Below, one piece after another: positions 27,107-38,376 of a stretch of 60,560 nt of DNA. The position numbers were made by a program, and so were the translations under genes. The notes under the pieces were generated by a model, which did no database searches, had not been told where the DNA came from, and saw nothing but the letters and a program-made list of their open reading frames with translations. The DNA comes from Aplysia californica (lineage: Eukaryota), in NCBI RefSeq assembly GCF_000002075.1, contig NW_004797305.1:1190226-1250785 (forward strand). Direction: 5' to 3'. The stretch's first letter is position 1; each line of letters starts with the position of its first letter.

Positions 27107-27380
27107 TTTTTTATGTAAGTGTTTTACAGCGTTCGCAACTGCATAAGGTACATGAGTGCGCAGGATATATTAAACATTTATAGTTTGGCAGGAATTTGAA
27201 TTTTGAATTTTGCCCTGGTCAGCCGGGTGGCGGCCGAAGCCAACTCTCATCAATTTTGGACCACCAAGAGACAACTTGCACAGGGACCTCCAAGATTTTT
27301 CGCCAAGAAGGCTAGGTGTTAGATCTTACCAACAATTACCTTCCTCAAAGAAGGAGGCAAAGAGGGGAGGTGAGTGGGGG
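27107..27380 (-). mobile_element. Family-A SINE 3' half, running into an assembly gap
   Basis: Reverse complement of the tail and central domain of 31968-32490. Confidence 0.85.
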
Positions 27381-28306
27381 NNNNNNNNNNNNNNNNNNNN
27401 NNNNNNNNNNNNNNNNNNNNNNNNNNNNNNNNNNNNNNNNNNNNNNNNNNNNNNNNNNNNNNNNNNNNNNNNNNNNNNNNNNNNNNNNNNNNNNNNNNNN
27501 NNNNNNNNNNNNNNNNNNNNNNNNNNNNNNNNNNNNNNNNNNNNNNNNNNNNNNNNNNNNNNNNNNNNNNNNNNNNNNNNNNNNNNNNNNNNNNNNNNNN
27601 NNNNNNNNNNNNNNNNNNNNNNNNNNNNNNNNNNNNNNNNNNNNNNNNNNNNNNNNNNNNNNNNNNNNNNNNNNNNNNNNNNNNNNNNNNNNNNNNNNNN
27701 NNNNNNNNNNNNNNNNNNNNNNNNNNNNNNNNNNNNNNNNNNNNNNNNNNNNNNNNNNNNNNNNNNNNNNNNNNNNNNNNNNNNNNNNNNNNNNNNNNNN
27801 NNNNNNNNNNNNNNNNNNNNNNNNNNNNNNNNNNNNNNNNNNNNNNNNNNNNNNNNNNNNNNNNNNNNNNNNNNNNNNNNNNNNNNNNNNNNNNNNNNNN
27901 NNNNNNNNNNNNNNNNNNNNNNNNNNNNNNNNNNNNNNNNNNNNNNNNNNNNNNNNNNNNNNNNNNNNNNNNNNNNNNNNNNNNNNNNNNNNNNNNNNNN
28001 NNNNNNNNNNNNNNNNNNNNNNNNNNNNNNNNNNNNNNNNNNNNNNNNNNNNNNNNNNNNNNNNNNNNNNNNNNNNNNNNNNNNNNNNNNNNNNNNNNNN
28101 NNNNNNNNNNNNNNNNNNNNNNNNNNNNNNNNNNNNNNNNNNNNNNNNNNNNNNNNNNNNNNNNNNNNNNNNNNNNNNNNNNNNNNNNNNNNNNNNNNNN
28201 NNNNNNNNNNNNNNNNNNNNNNNNNNNNNNNNNNNNNNNNNNNNNNNNNNNNNNNNNNNNNNNNNNNNNNNNNNNNNNNNNNNNNNNNNNNNNNNNNNNN
28301 NNNNNA
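27381..28306. other. Assembly gap between the two genes; probable location of PTAR1 exon 1
   Basis: N-run; no exon-1-like sequence with a phase-2 donor was found by eye in 23381-27380 or 28307-29500. Confidence 0.55.
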
Positions 28307-29528
28307 CTGGCAGTCTAGCCGTACTTCTAGCCACTTCGAAAATTTATTGCTTTCCATCTCTGACAGCCATCTGGTGCTGGTCTGTAGGCCCTCCCACAAG
28401 GGGACAAATGCCCATGGCACCCAGCTTGTGTGAATGTAAGTTTAGCTGTGGAGAGCTCAGGTGTGAGTGCGATTTTTTGGGGGGGGGGGAAATGCATCAA
28501 CAAATTTACACCTCAGTGTGATCCCTTTTGGGGCAAAAATTGAACCGTTTCATCGAGATACATTACAACGAGGCTGTGATCACATCGATGAGAGTGGATC
28601 ATCTGTAACGCAAAGGGCAGTGCATATGTATGATGATTGCAAATTTGCACTGCTTGGTTGATCACCTGCGCCCGCCCTCGTTATTGTTTCGTAAATTATT
28701 ATCTCAAATGGAGAATCTCAGCCAACTGTAGGCTAATATCCCTCAGAGAAGAATCTTAGGGGTGACTTTTGTGTTGAAAAATTCAATTTCCTTAATTAGA
28801 ACAGCGGAATCTTAAGCGACGGGATCTAATGGTAAGCGTTGAGATCCTAGATTGAGACGAATAAAGGAAAATCTAACCTAACAGATGTAACCTTTAATAT
28901 GGATTAAAGCAGAATATTTTATCGGAATGGTCAATTGCATTTTATTAGGGTTCATTAGTAGCCTTTGCCTAATGTTTTGACCTCAAATTCAATCCCTATT
29001 GTTTTTTATTTCTTCGTTCTTTAGTTGGGGTTTCTTCTTTAAGAATTGCGCTTAACTTTCATCCTGGGCTCTGTACTTTAGGGAAGTTTGAATTAGAATG
29101 TTAGACTTTAAATTATTTTTTCCCTTTCTGTGTCACTCTTCTGTTTAACTCTATCTCTGACGGGGGTAAACCCACTGTGCCGGGGCCCTCTTTTGGTACA
29201 AAATCTAAAAATGTATTTATTAACTAAATTGGTCATTAAATCAAAACAAGTGAACCTACTAATTATACACGAATGCTATTTTTATTATTATTATTGTTAC
29301 TATTATTAACCTAATTGACAGTTCTTCATGTGATGAATTAACTCCCGCTAAAAGAGACCTGTTTTCGGAAATTGCGAAAAAGTAATTTTACTTCGAAGTC
29401 AGTTCCAACCGTGTGCCACAGGGAGCGACTTGCCAGAGATAAGGAGTTAAATTTGAAGTGTTAGATCTAGGCATTTAATTATTTTCTCCATTGCTGTGTC
29501 ACTCTATTTTTTTATCTCTTTCAGAAAA

Positions 29529-29748
29529 ATGGAGTCAGATCCTGCCCAGAACAGTGACCAAGCTTTCCACAGTTATGGGGCAGCCATAACAAGTGAGTCT
29601 CAGATGAATGGCTATGATGTCACTTCTAAAGAAGATAATGGGGAGATGTTGCGTGGATCCAGCGAACCTACTGAGCAAAAAGACATTGCTGCTGTTCTTG
29701 CCCCACACAATATCATTAATATTCATCAACATTTGGATGTTATTGAAG
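29529..29748 (+). CDS. PLSCR: Phospholipid scramblase, first coding exon
   Basis: Acceptor ctttcag at 29524, ATG at 29529, donor G|GTTAGT; ends ...INIHQHLDVIE, like the scramblase IHQQIELLE motif. Confidence 0.82.
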
Positions 29749-30728
29749 GTTAGTGATTCATGTTTGTCTGTGCATAAGAGCATGTTAATGTCCCCACTTT
29801 GGGAATGGCCTAAAGACACTTCTGTCAGTAGCACTGCCCGGGGGGGGGGGGAGTTCCGGGCGACTTTAGAATTTCATTTTTTTTAATGTTTTAAATAGGT
29901 GCCAAAGCCTTAAATAGTAGCATTTTTATAAAGCACAAATCAGGAGCAAATTGGAGACAAATGCTGAAAACAGGCCATACTCACAGAGACTGTGTGGGAA
30001 AGAGATTATCAAGCAGCCGTAGATGGGTGCCTAACGCCATCTACAGTGTGTACCTCTTGCAGCTAGTTCATTAGCGGTATAGCTGGGTAAATTTACATTA
30101 CTTTGGTAAGGACTGTATAATTGGCAAAAACTGGCTGTAGTTAATAATTAGATCTAGATCTAGATCTAGTAGCTTGCGCTCTTTAATAAGACTCCATACT
30201 CAGACTTGCAAATAGAAATATTCGACGTGTAGATCTAGATCTATATAAAGTAAAAAAGCGGATAAAAATGATCAAGGAAAGTGAAAGGGCTTACGAAACC
30301 TGGGCATGAGATGGTTGTGAAAGTAAAAGAATCCCAAAGAGAACATTTCAGGCCTCCTTCAGGGAAGATTGAAGAATACCAGACCACTCGTATTACTGTG
30401 CGAGAATGGGGAGGGGGNNNNNNNNNNNNNNNNNNNNNNNNNNNNNNNNNNNNNNNNNNNNNNNNNNNNNNNNNNNNNNNNNNNNNNNNNNNNNNNNNNN
30501 NNNNNNNNNNNNNNNNNGCAGCGATATAACGAGATTTGACTGAACATCAATCTAAGTGACCTCATGTTTGGTCATGACAAGCCTCAACCTCTTTCTTGAA
30601 AGACAGTTTTCAGATTTACAAGTTTTTAACCACCCGCTAATGTTGCTAAAAAATGTCAGTGCCATTTTCAAATACATATTGTGAAAGGCTTAGATGGCAA
30701 TATAAACTTATTTTTTCGTCTTTTTCAG

Positions 30729-30806
30729 TGTGTTTGTGTTGGGAGAGGAATAACCGCTACAGCATATACGGCAAAGATGAGAAACAAATTCTTTATACAT
30801 ACGAAG
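30729..30806 (+). CDS. PLSCR: Phospholipid scramblase coding exon 2
   Basis: ttttcag/GTAAAG boundaries; VCLCWERNNRYSIYGKDEKQILYTYE (E.NN.Y.I....Q.Y..E motif). Confidence 0.92.
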
Positions 30807-30818
30807 GTAAAGTTGTTA

Positions 30819-31587
30819 CAGTAGAACACGGCTATAGTGGGACATTTTGTTCCAGAAGAAAAATCCCGCTGTAAGCGAGTTCCCGCTATAGGAATGCAAA
30901 GGGGGAAATTACCAAAAAACTTCTAAAAATCCACATGAATACCTTCCTTCCATATTAATAAAGTTTGCACTTTTGATTAGTCTTACATTTCTTGTCAACT
31001 TCATTGATTGTCTCGGCTTTTAATTCGAGTGAGAATCATTTCCTTTTGTCATTGTTGGAAGCCATCTTTTCCTGGGTTTCGTTGCTTGTGCTGTCTATCG
31101 TAAGTGGATGCGTGCGTATGCCTATGAGCATCAACAATCGCAATTCAATGAATCGGGAATCACACACTACAAGCTCTCCTCTTCTTTACTTTTTGGCCTA
31201 GCTTAGGCCTAGGGCTATGGCCTATACCCTCTCATACTAAGAGTCTAAGCTACGGCACATCACTTTTAGAGTGGCTCACGCAACGCATCTCTCCGCACCA
31301 TCTCTCTCTGCCGCCTGCCCCACCTCACTCATCTCTGGACCGGCCATTCACAATACCGCATGACTGAATGCCTGTTTTGAGCCAGCCTACTGCCCCCCCA
31401 ACCTCCTTCCCCCAAGCTAGAGCTCTCTCGATCTCTCCCGCTGTATCCGAGTTCGGGCCTTTCCTTGCCCCACTAAACCCGAGCTCAGGTAATTGAGTTT
31501 ACATAGACAAAAAAAGGGGATTCCGGTAAGGTCCCGCTGTAGGGATGGTCCCACTGTAGCAGATGCCGCTGTAGTCGTGTTCTATTG
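30819..31587 (-). mobile_element. pogo/Tigger deletion derivative
   Basis: TA|CAGTAGAACACGGCTATAG ... CTGTAGTCGTGTTCTATTG|TA; minus-strand remnant MASNNDKRK*FSLELKAETINEVDK resembles a CENP-B-type HTH N-terminus. Confidence 0.85.
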
Positions 31588-31967
31588 TACTAATATTTGG
31601 CATAGCTTTGTAACACCTCTTTGATTGCACTATTTACTTTGTTCCCTTGATGAAGGGTTGTGGTTTTTTATGGTGATAATAAAAAGTAAAAGTCGTTTTA
31701 ATTAGATGTTCCATACTCCATCTGAACAAATGTCGATAATATGTGAGTCATTGTGATGGATTTAGGGGCTTGTCAAATTTTAAGGAATGAAAAATCAGTA
31801 TTTTTCCGTCTTGGGGGAGGGGGGTGGAGGTTTGGGGGGGGAAAAATTTGCGGAGAGACCTTCTCTATCCATTGAAATATATTTTAGGATGAATTTCCCT
31901 GAAAAATGTTGTTTGAAGCCAAAATTAAGTTAATTTGTAGAATGATTACGAGTATTCAGCTTTAGAA

Positions 31968-32490
31968 GGGGGACTCTCATGGCCTAGAGGTTAAGGTGTT
32001 GGCCTCTCATTCTAAGGTCCCGGTTCGAATCCGGGTAGCGACCGAAAAATTTTCTTCTCTAAAATTGTCTCCTTTCGCCTCCTTTTCTGCTCTCTTGCAA
32101 TGTTCTGTCATCTGCTTTCATCTCCTCTTTCTGCCCCCACCCCCTCACCTCCTTTGCCCATTCCTCTGGGCTCCTGACTCTTTCTGCAGCCTTTCTACTG
32201 CTACTCTTTGGCTCCTTCTTACTGCTGTCTTTCAGCCACACACCTGATCTTCTGGTAGGAAGGATCTACACCTAGCCTTCTCGGACAAGAGTGAAAAATC
32301 TCGGAGGGCCCGTGTGCCAGTTGCGCACATTAAAGATCCCTTAGTGGTCTAAAATCGATAAGAGTAGGCTTTGACGACCACCACCCGCACAAAATTCAAA
32401 ATTTCCTACTAACTGAAAAGTTTAATGTGTTCGGCATGCTCATATGACCTTATGCAGTTGCGAGCGCCGTAAAACACTTACCAAAAAAAA
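31968..32490 (+). mobile_element. Full-length family-A tRNA-derived SINE
   Basis: A box TGGCCTAGAGG, B box GGTTCGAATCC, central domain, LINE-type tail, A-run; diverged TSD AGCTTTAGAAG / AGCTATAGGAG. Confidence 0.92.
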
Positions 32491-32815
32491 GCTATAGGAG
32501 TTGCCAAACTTTGGCAGCCATTTTCTCACTATTTTCACCTATAACAGTAGGTAACCCGTGCCTTCTGAAATTTCACATATCTCTGCTTTTATGCAAGATA
32601 GATCAATGGGGTTTTTTTTCACAAAGTTCAAGGAAAATAAACAAGCATTAAATTCTATAGCAATAACTCTATACGACCAAAAATTGACGAGCACCTGAAC
32701 CACCATACTGCAGCACATATGATTATCTTAAATTGCTTTAGTTTACTATTTATTTTGTTGTAATCATCACAATCACAACTAAAGAGAAAAATAAACAGTC
32801 ATATTTTCTTCTCAG

Positions 32816-33014
32816 GAGCTCAGTGTGTGGCTCGACAGTGGTATGGATCTCTACGAGAGCTAACTCTGACAACTACAGATAATGATGACAATCGACTGCT
32901 AAGACTAGACAGACCACTACGTTGCTCTACACGGATGTGCTATGCTTGTTGTTGTCTTCAAGAAATGACTATTTCCATACCACCGAACAATACCCTGGGA
33001 AGAGTCAAAGAGAG
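32816..33014 (+). CDS. PLSCR: Phospholipid scramblase coding exon 3
   Basis: ttctcag/GTATAA boundaries; CVARQWYGSLREL...LDRPLRCSTRMCYACCCLQEMTISIPPNNTLGRV (RPLRC plus Cys-rich palmitoylation motif). Confidence 0.95.
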
Positions 33015-33172
33015 GTATAAATACCATGTGGTTTTCTGATGTCACCAGAAGATGGGTTCTTTTTATTAAACCAGCAAATAGTTGTAGGATCAGCAGGCCC
33101 GGGCTGAAAGGGTTGATATATATCTTTTTATTGAAAATACCTTTTTAGGAGAACTGTACTTGTATCATATTA

Positions 33173-33680
33173 CAGTCAAACCTCATTGTACCACACCCCC
33201 TCCCCCCATTGTACTGCCTGCCCACTTACCGTCAGGTTTTGCCAATGTACGAAAAGGAGCACCTATATAAACATAGTATTTACATCTTCACACCACCGTC
33301 CGCCAACTGTCTATGTTGTACAGTCCTAGTTTAAGTAATGTAAATTTGCCCCACCATACCACCGGTGAACTGACCGCCAGAGGTGCACACTGCACATGGT
33401 CCACTACACCCTCTGGTTTGCTACTTGATAATTTTTCTCCCATGAGAAAGACATGGACATAGAGGGAAACAAGACTCTCAGCTCTGAATACATGTGCATG
33501 TACATATGTATATCACAAACGAAAAGGCACTTTTCAATCACAGATTTCTCTGCAAAATCATTTTTCCTTAATGTTTGGCAGTTAGAGCTAAATAACAGAG
33601 GAACTCTGTTGAACCGCTAGCCCCGCTATTCCTCCAACTTCATGTTCGTCCCAAAGGTGGCGGTATACGAGGTTTGACTG
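33173..33680. mobile_element. Tigger-like MITE
   Basis: TA|CAGTCAAACCTC ... GAGGTTTGACTG|TA. Confidence 0.85.
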
Positions 33681-34000
33681 TAGTATCTTTCTCTTGTTTT
33701 CCTCACACAAACTGACCTGACCTTTTTGGTATCCCTGCCTCTCATGAAGCTTCAACCTCTCTATAATAGCGAAAAGATTCACAGCAGACAGCTTTTTTTT
33801 GCTTCTTTTCCTTATTATTATACGGGTGTGATAATTACCTGATTACTTTGTTTGACTGTGGGTATTGCTATCTCAGTGTTGTCTAAAAGTATCCTGTATT
33901 GTGACATTGAATGCAAAAAAATCTCCATTTGTTTTATGTCATTGTAGGCATAGATTGGTATTCTTGTTAGAAAATATTCATTGTTGTTTTCAAATCTCAG

Positions 34001-34112
34001 GTGGAACTGCATTATTCCCTGGTATGAGGTGGAAGACTCTCAAGGAAATCTCATGTTTTCCCTTCAAGGGACTGCCTGCCACTGCCGTCTGTGTTGTGAT
34101 ATCAAGTTTTCT
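34001..34112 (+). CDS. PLSCR: Phospholipid scramblase coding exon 4
   Basis: tctcag/GTGAGT boundaries; RWNCIIPWYEVEDSQGNLMFSLQGTACHCRLCCDIKFS. Confidence 0.93.
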
Positions 34113-34708
34113 GTGAGTAAAAAAAAAATATGTTCAGCAAGATTCCTCAATCCAATTGGCTTCCTTTCATTAATTATTCAGATTTCTGATGACTGAAGGA
34201 CTAGTGTATAGGAACATTCAATCATAGGAAAAGTAGCCGAGTTACAAATGGGTAACTTGGCACTGGGCAAGAATGGAATGTAGTAAATTGTAGCAGTATG
34301 TGCCTATTGAGCTGAAATGCTGTATTTCCCGTTGAGGACCAAATTATAAATTGAAATGAAGAGACTGACCACAGGAATTATTGTGAAGATGTATGAGCCT
34401 TGAGGGGGAGGGGGGGAGGATATAATATTGTAAATCATCTTACTCCAATCTATTCTTGGGCATCAAATTGAATAGGTAAAAATTGAGATGTTTTGAATTC
34501 TGATCAAATGTTTAGGAAAATGTTTAATAAATTGAAAGATTGTTTTTTTATCTTGTCTATTTCTATTTGTCCTGAGAGTAACAGGTGAGGGGGGGTTGTT
34601 TGTTTGTTTTCTGTTTTATGAGTGCTTGCATATGTGTCTATAAGTGTTGCGTGTAGATTTATGTTTTTAGCAAAGATAATTTTCTCAAAACACATTTCCT
34701 TCCCAAAG

Positions 34709-34805
34709 GTGAGAAATGCAGCTGGAGACCAAGTGGCTTCCATCCAAAAGTACTGGGGAGGCTGCAAAGGAATCATAGGAGCCTGCAACAGTTACACTAT
34801 TAAAT
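34709..34805 (+). CDS. PLSCR: Phospholipid scramblase coding exon 5
   Basis: cccaaag/GTGAGT boundaries; VRNAAGDQVASIQKYWGGCKGIIGACNSYTIK (I.K.W.G motif). Confidence 0.92.
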
Positions 34806-35130
34806 GTGAGTTGTTATCTTTAGAGATGTGCCCATTCGACCCTACAATTCAATATTCACGGTTTCTGCACTATTCACAGCTATTCAAAGCATGGCACAGC
34901 CATTCCAATTTTTGTGGATAGTAGATTTTCATCTAATTTTTCTCAACCCATCGTAAAACTAGAGCTTTAAAGTAGATCTCTAAAATCATTAGGTAAATAC
35001 AGCAATACTTTATACATGATATTAATGATATAGAGTGATGAGTGAAGCCAACAAGAGTTTAAAAAACCTGCCTCTAAGAAGTATTCACTACTGTTTAATA
35101 TTCACTAGGTACACTAAGAGCAGTTTAAGG

Positions 35131-35710
35131 TAGGGCTGGATCCTGCTCGTCAAATTTGAGAGTGGCGATTCGCGATTCAGTCGGCTTCAATGAATCGCGA
35201 GTACGCGAGCGCTCGTGGAGCTGTGGCGGAACACTGACTGAAACGGAACAGTGTCGTATCAACGCCTCTTGGCGAGCGTGAGTCCCACTCTTGTTGTTCC
35301 GCCATCCTCTCCACCCCATACCCTTTGTTGCGCTGCTCTATCAATTGACCTCAATTAGTGACCCCCATAAATCCTCCCCCCCAACCCCATGATTCGCTAA
35401 AACAATGGCTCCATAAAATTCCTTCTGTCTATTGGTTGGACCCCGTTCATTTTGTTTTAATAGGGGGGTTGGACTATACCATCTTTTGCAAAATAAGGGG
35501 AGCCATACGAAGTGTTCCGTTCCGTTCTTGCGCTTGTGACTCGACTCAGCAGTAAGTTAAACAAGCCCCAAGGTGGTGACAGCGACAGGGGAGGGAATCG
35601 GGAATCGTTTGGCGATACTGTTCCGCGTTCCGCTGAAGTGAATCGTGAATCGCGTTCCACAGGAAAGAGTGGCAATTCAGTTCCGTTCTCGCGCTCGTGA
35701 CCCAGCCCTA
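35131..35710. mobile_element. hAT non-autonomous element
   Basis: TIR TAGGGCTGG / CCAGCCCTA with a perfect 8-bp TSD GTTTAAGG; CpG-rich GAATCG subterminal motifs. Confidence 0.92.
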
Positions 35711-36172
35711 GTTTAAGGGCCCTTAACTAGAAGTGCAGCAGATAGCTTTGAAAGATACTGACAGTGGGCTGTTGCAGTGAGCTCCCGTACACCCCCCCCC
35801 CCCCCCCCCCCCCCCGTGCCTGGCAGCATGATGTAAAGGTTAGAGCAGATGGAACCAGATTTTGAAGTTTTGTTTCAAATCAGAGCTCATTTTCCATCTT
35901 GGACAGGTTCATTAAAAAGTCTTCAAGGGGAAGGCATTTCTCTTTCTATTTCCAGGTTGAGCAGGTTACCTTTTTATAAAGGTAATTATAGAGGAATTTA
36001 TCCAGGGGGAAGCAGGGCCGGGAGATTCCATTATGACCGGTTTCCATCTTGAAGCGTTTTCATCAAGGCAGGTTTGATTGTATTATTTACATTGCTTTAT
36101 AAATTTGACAGCTGCTCTGTTTTGCTCTCTAAGTATTGTGTGTCTAAAATGATCTCTATTGACTCTTCTCAG

Positions 36173-36270
36173 ATCTGGATGCCCTGTCAGGACAGGAAAA
36201 AGCAGTCGTATTAGGAGCAACATTTTTATTGGATTTCAACTATTTTGAAAGGCATGGGAAATGTTTCTGA
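36173..36270 (+). CDS. PLSCR: Phospholipid scramblase last coding exon with stop codon
   Basis: ttctcag acceptor; YLDALSGQEKAVVLGATFLLDFNYFERHGKCF* contains the KA..LGA.FL.DF..FE C-terminal helix. The six exons total 804 nt, in frame (267 aa). Confidence 0.95.
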
Positions 36271-36840
36271 ACTGTGTTATAAGAATGTGTACACAAAATT
36301 ACTTTAAGATGATCTACTCTTTCTGTACACCCTGAGAAAGACAATTTCTCAGCCTATCAGAATTTTCTCAGTTGACTGAAAGTGAAAGAGCAAGTGCCAC
36401 ACTCCCACCAAAGGATATCTTCTGAATTCTGACAGCTGTCTTTTGGCTGAAGCTGAAAAATCTGCTATCTTGATATCATACTTGTATGTGCTTACTCCTC
36501 ATAAAAAGGGCCAATATAAGGTTCCACACTCTATCAAGTGGGATGGTCTCCTGGAAAGCATCAATTTGACATCGGCGTCTGTGCTGTAGTGGTTAGGCAC
36601 TTTGCAGTCATACACAGGAGACTAGAGTTCACATCCCGAGTGGGAAGAACTTGTATTGAGTATCTCCGTCTAAAAACACCTGTATTAAATATAAAATCCT
36701 TGAATCAATTTGGCAAGGATATCATGTACCCATTTTCGTTTCTTTTTTTTTTGGTTACGGTATCATCCCCAACCACCATCTGCAGCTTTCTATTTTAGTT
36801 TAAGCAAATTTTTATGTTTATTTTCTAGTTTGTAGCTTTT

Positions 36841-37500
36841 TTAATAACGTAGATTTATTTGTAAAGGCACATTGTTTGACTCTAAGCTTCTAAATATTCT
36901 CGCCGTTTCGTCTTCGAATGATCCTTTTACCACTAAATGAGCGTATTCGCTTTGAAGAAACTGTGACTCTGCTGACATAATTGTGAATAGCGTTGCCATT
37001 TCATCTTCAGTCATTACATATGTGCCGTCCTCTTTCTTTCCTATAGTATACAACAGTTTTTGCCCGGTTTCAGTATATCTGGCAGACTTTGATATTACTT
37101 TAAGCGTTGGCTTAAATTCAGTTTAAATCCCAACAGGTGAGTCATTAACTTTTAATGAAGGTGGCAACACAATTTTAGCCAGTGAATCTTTAATGCCATC
37201 AAACTCCTTTTGAATTTCATTAGAATTCTGTATGTGATTGGCATGTGTCAACGTAGAATCCCTACCACTACTGGTATTGGTAACTCCACCAAAATTTTGA
37301 AAGGAACTATCCTGACCCTGTGGCAGCGGTGTGAAATTAGACTGAGGTCCACTACTCTCCTTGTTTTCAATTAGACTTCAGAGTTCGTCAAAAGATTTCA
37401 GTAAACTTGTAATAGCCACTCACTGTTCATTCACATTACGTTTGTCACTGCTGGTACCAATCGTTTCTTGTTTTGGTGCCTGTGTAGGCCTGCCTGTCGA
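36841..37500 (-). pseudogene. Decayed retroelement ORF (probably gag-like ORF1 of a DIRS-type element)
   Basis: One frame of about 220 codons with three internal stops (37123-25, 37378-80, 37420-22): EIQKEFDGIKDSLAKIVLPPSLKVNDSPVGI*...ISKSARYTET...QFLQSEYAHLVVKGSFEDETARIFRSLE. Family assignment is from memory. Confidence 0.55.
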
Positions 37501-38370
37501 AGCTGTTTTCAGCAGTTTCTCCGCATATTAGAAATCTAGGCCATTGTTTATCTAAGTGGGGCAAACATGATCGCACAACTTACGGTGAATCCCAAATATC
37601 TAGATCTAGATTCTTTACGCATGTTCGTGGAAAAGTTGCTGTAACCACTAACATCACTTTTCAATTGGTTTTACGTTGCTCTGTAGCTCAATTTGTTTTG
37701 GAACGCATTAAAATCTTCCTCTGCTCGCTCCGCACGCCTGCCTGTGAGAATGCACAAGGCAAGAACGATAATCACTACACATCCATTAATGATGTGTAGT
37801 CAGATCTATTTATAGCTCTCAGCAGACTACTATTATAAGATGATGCACACAATGCAGGTGTCAAATTGTTTTTACTCAATGCATATATATGCAAGACCGG
37901 TACATTCAGACCTCGAGCAATTACCAGAGATCTGATCTTTTTTGTAAACCCGGCCTAACAAATGTTTTTGTGATATTCATGCTTTAACACTTTTAACTGT
38001 TTGTACTTTTTATAAATGTAGTGATGTACTTGAGTTGCTCTCTTTTCTAAGCTATGAATATCATGTATAGACTTAGCATTTGCAATCAAAATTTTAATGT
38101 GTCTCATTTTCAGTTCATACTGTACTCCTGTATCTTTTTTCCACTGTATTTGTAATCAAATATATTTTTCTATGATATTATTGCTGTTGCATGAAAAATG
38201 AGTAACTCCAATTCTTTTTGCCCCCACCCACAAAGCAAAGTCCGAGAGAGTTGCTCATTCCCCTTGCAACAAAAACATTTAAAGAATAATTCTGTACAAA
38301 ATGGAAATGAAAGTTTGCATTGGCTGTGGCAAGATTTTAGAAATATTTATGAGTATTATGAAATTTCTTG

Positions 38371-38376
38371 ATTAAA
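38371..38376 (+). terminator. Candidate poly(A) signal (ATTAAA) of the scramblase gene
   Basis: ATTAAA at the end of a T-rich, CpG-poor block; CpGs resume about 50-80 nt downstream. Confidence 0.4.

Noticed and set aside
26590-27183. ORFs in the CpG-rich intergenic region as PTAR1 exon 1
   Set aside because: No similarity to the PTAR1 N-terminus and no ATG-open frame ending at a phase-2 donor.
27210-28521. Long ORFs of 260-400 aa here and at 46965-47948, 49491-50579 and 54538-55590
   Set aside because: Artefacts of translating through N-gaps.
30149-30243. (TAGATC)n repeats as a regulatory array
   Set aside because: Short simple repeats scattered through the window with no positional pattern.
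36256-36270. Prenylation motif on the scramblase linking it to neighbouring PTAR1
   Set aside because: The C-terminus GKCF has Cys second from last; it is not CAAX, CC or CXC.
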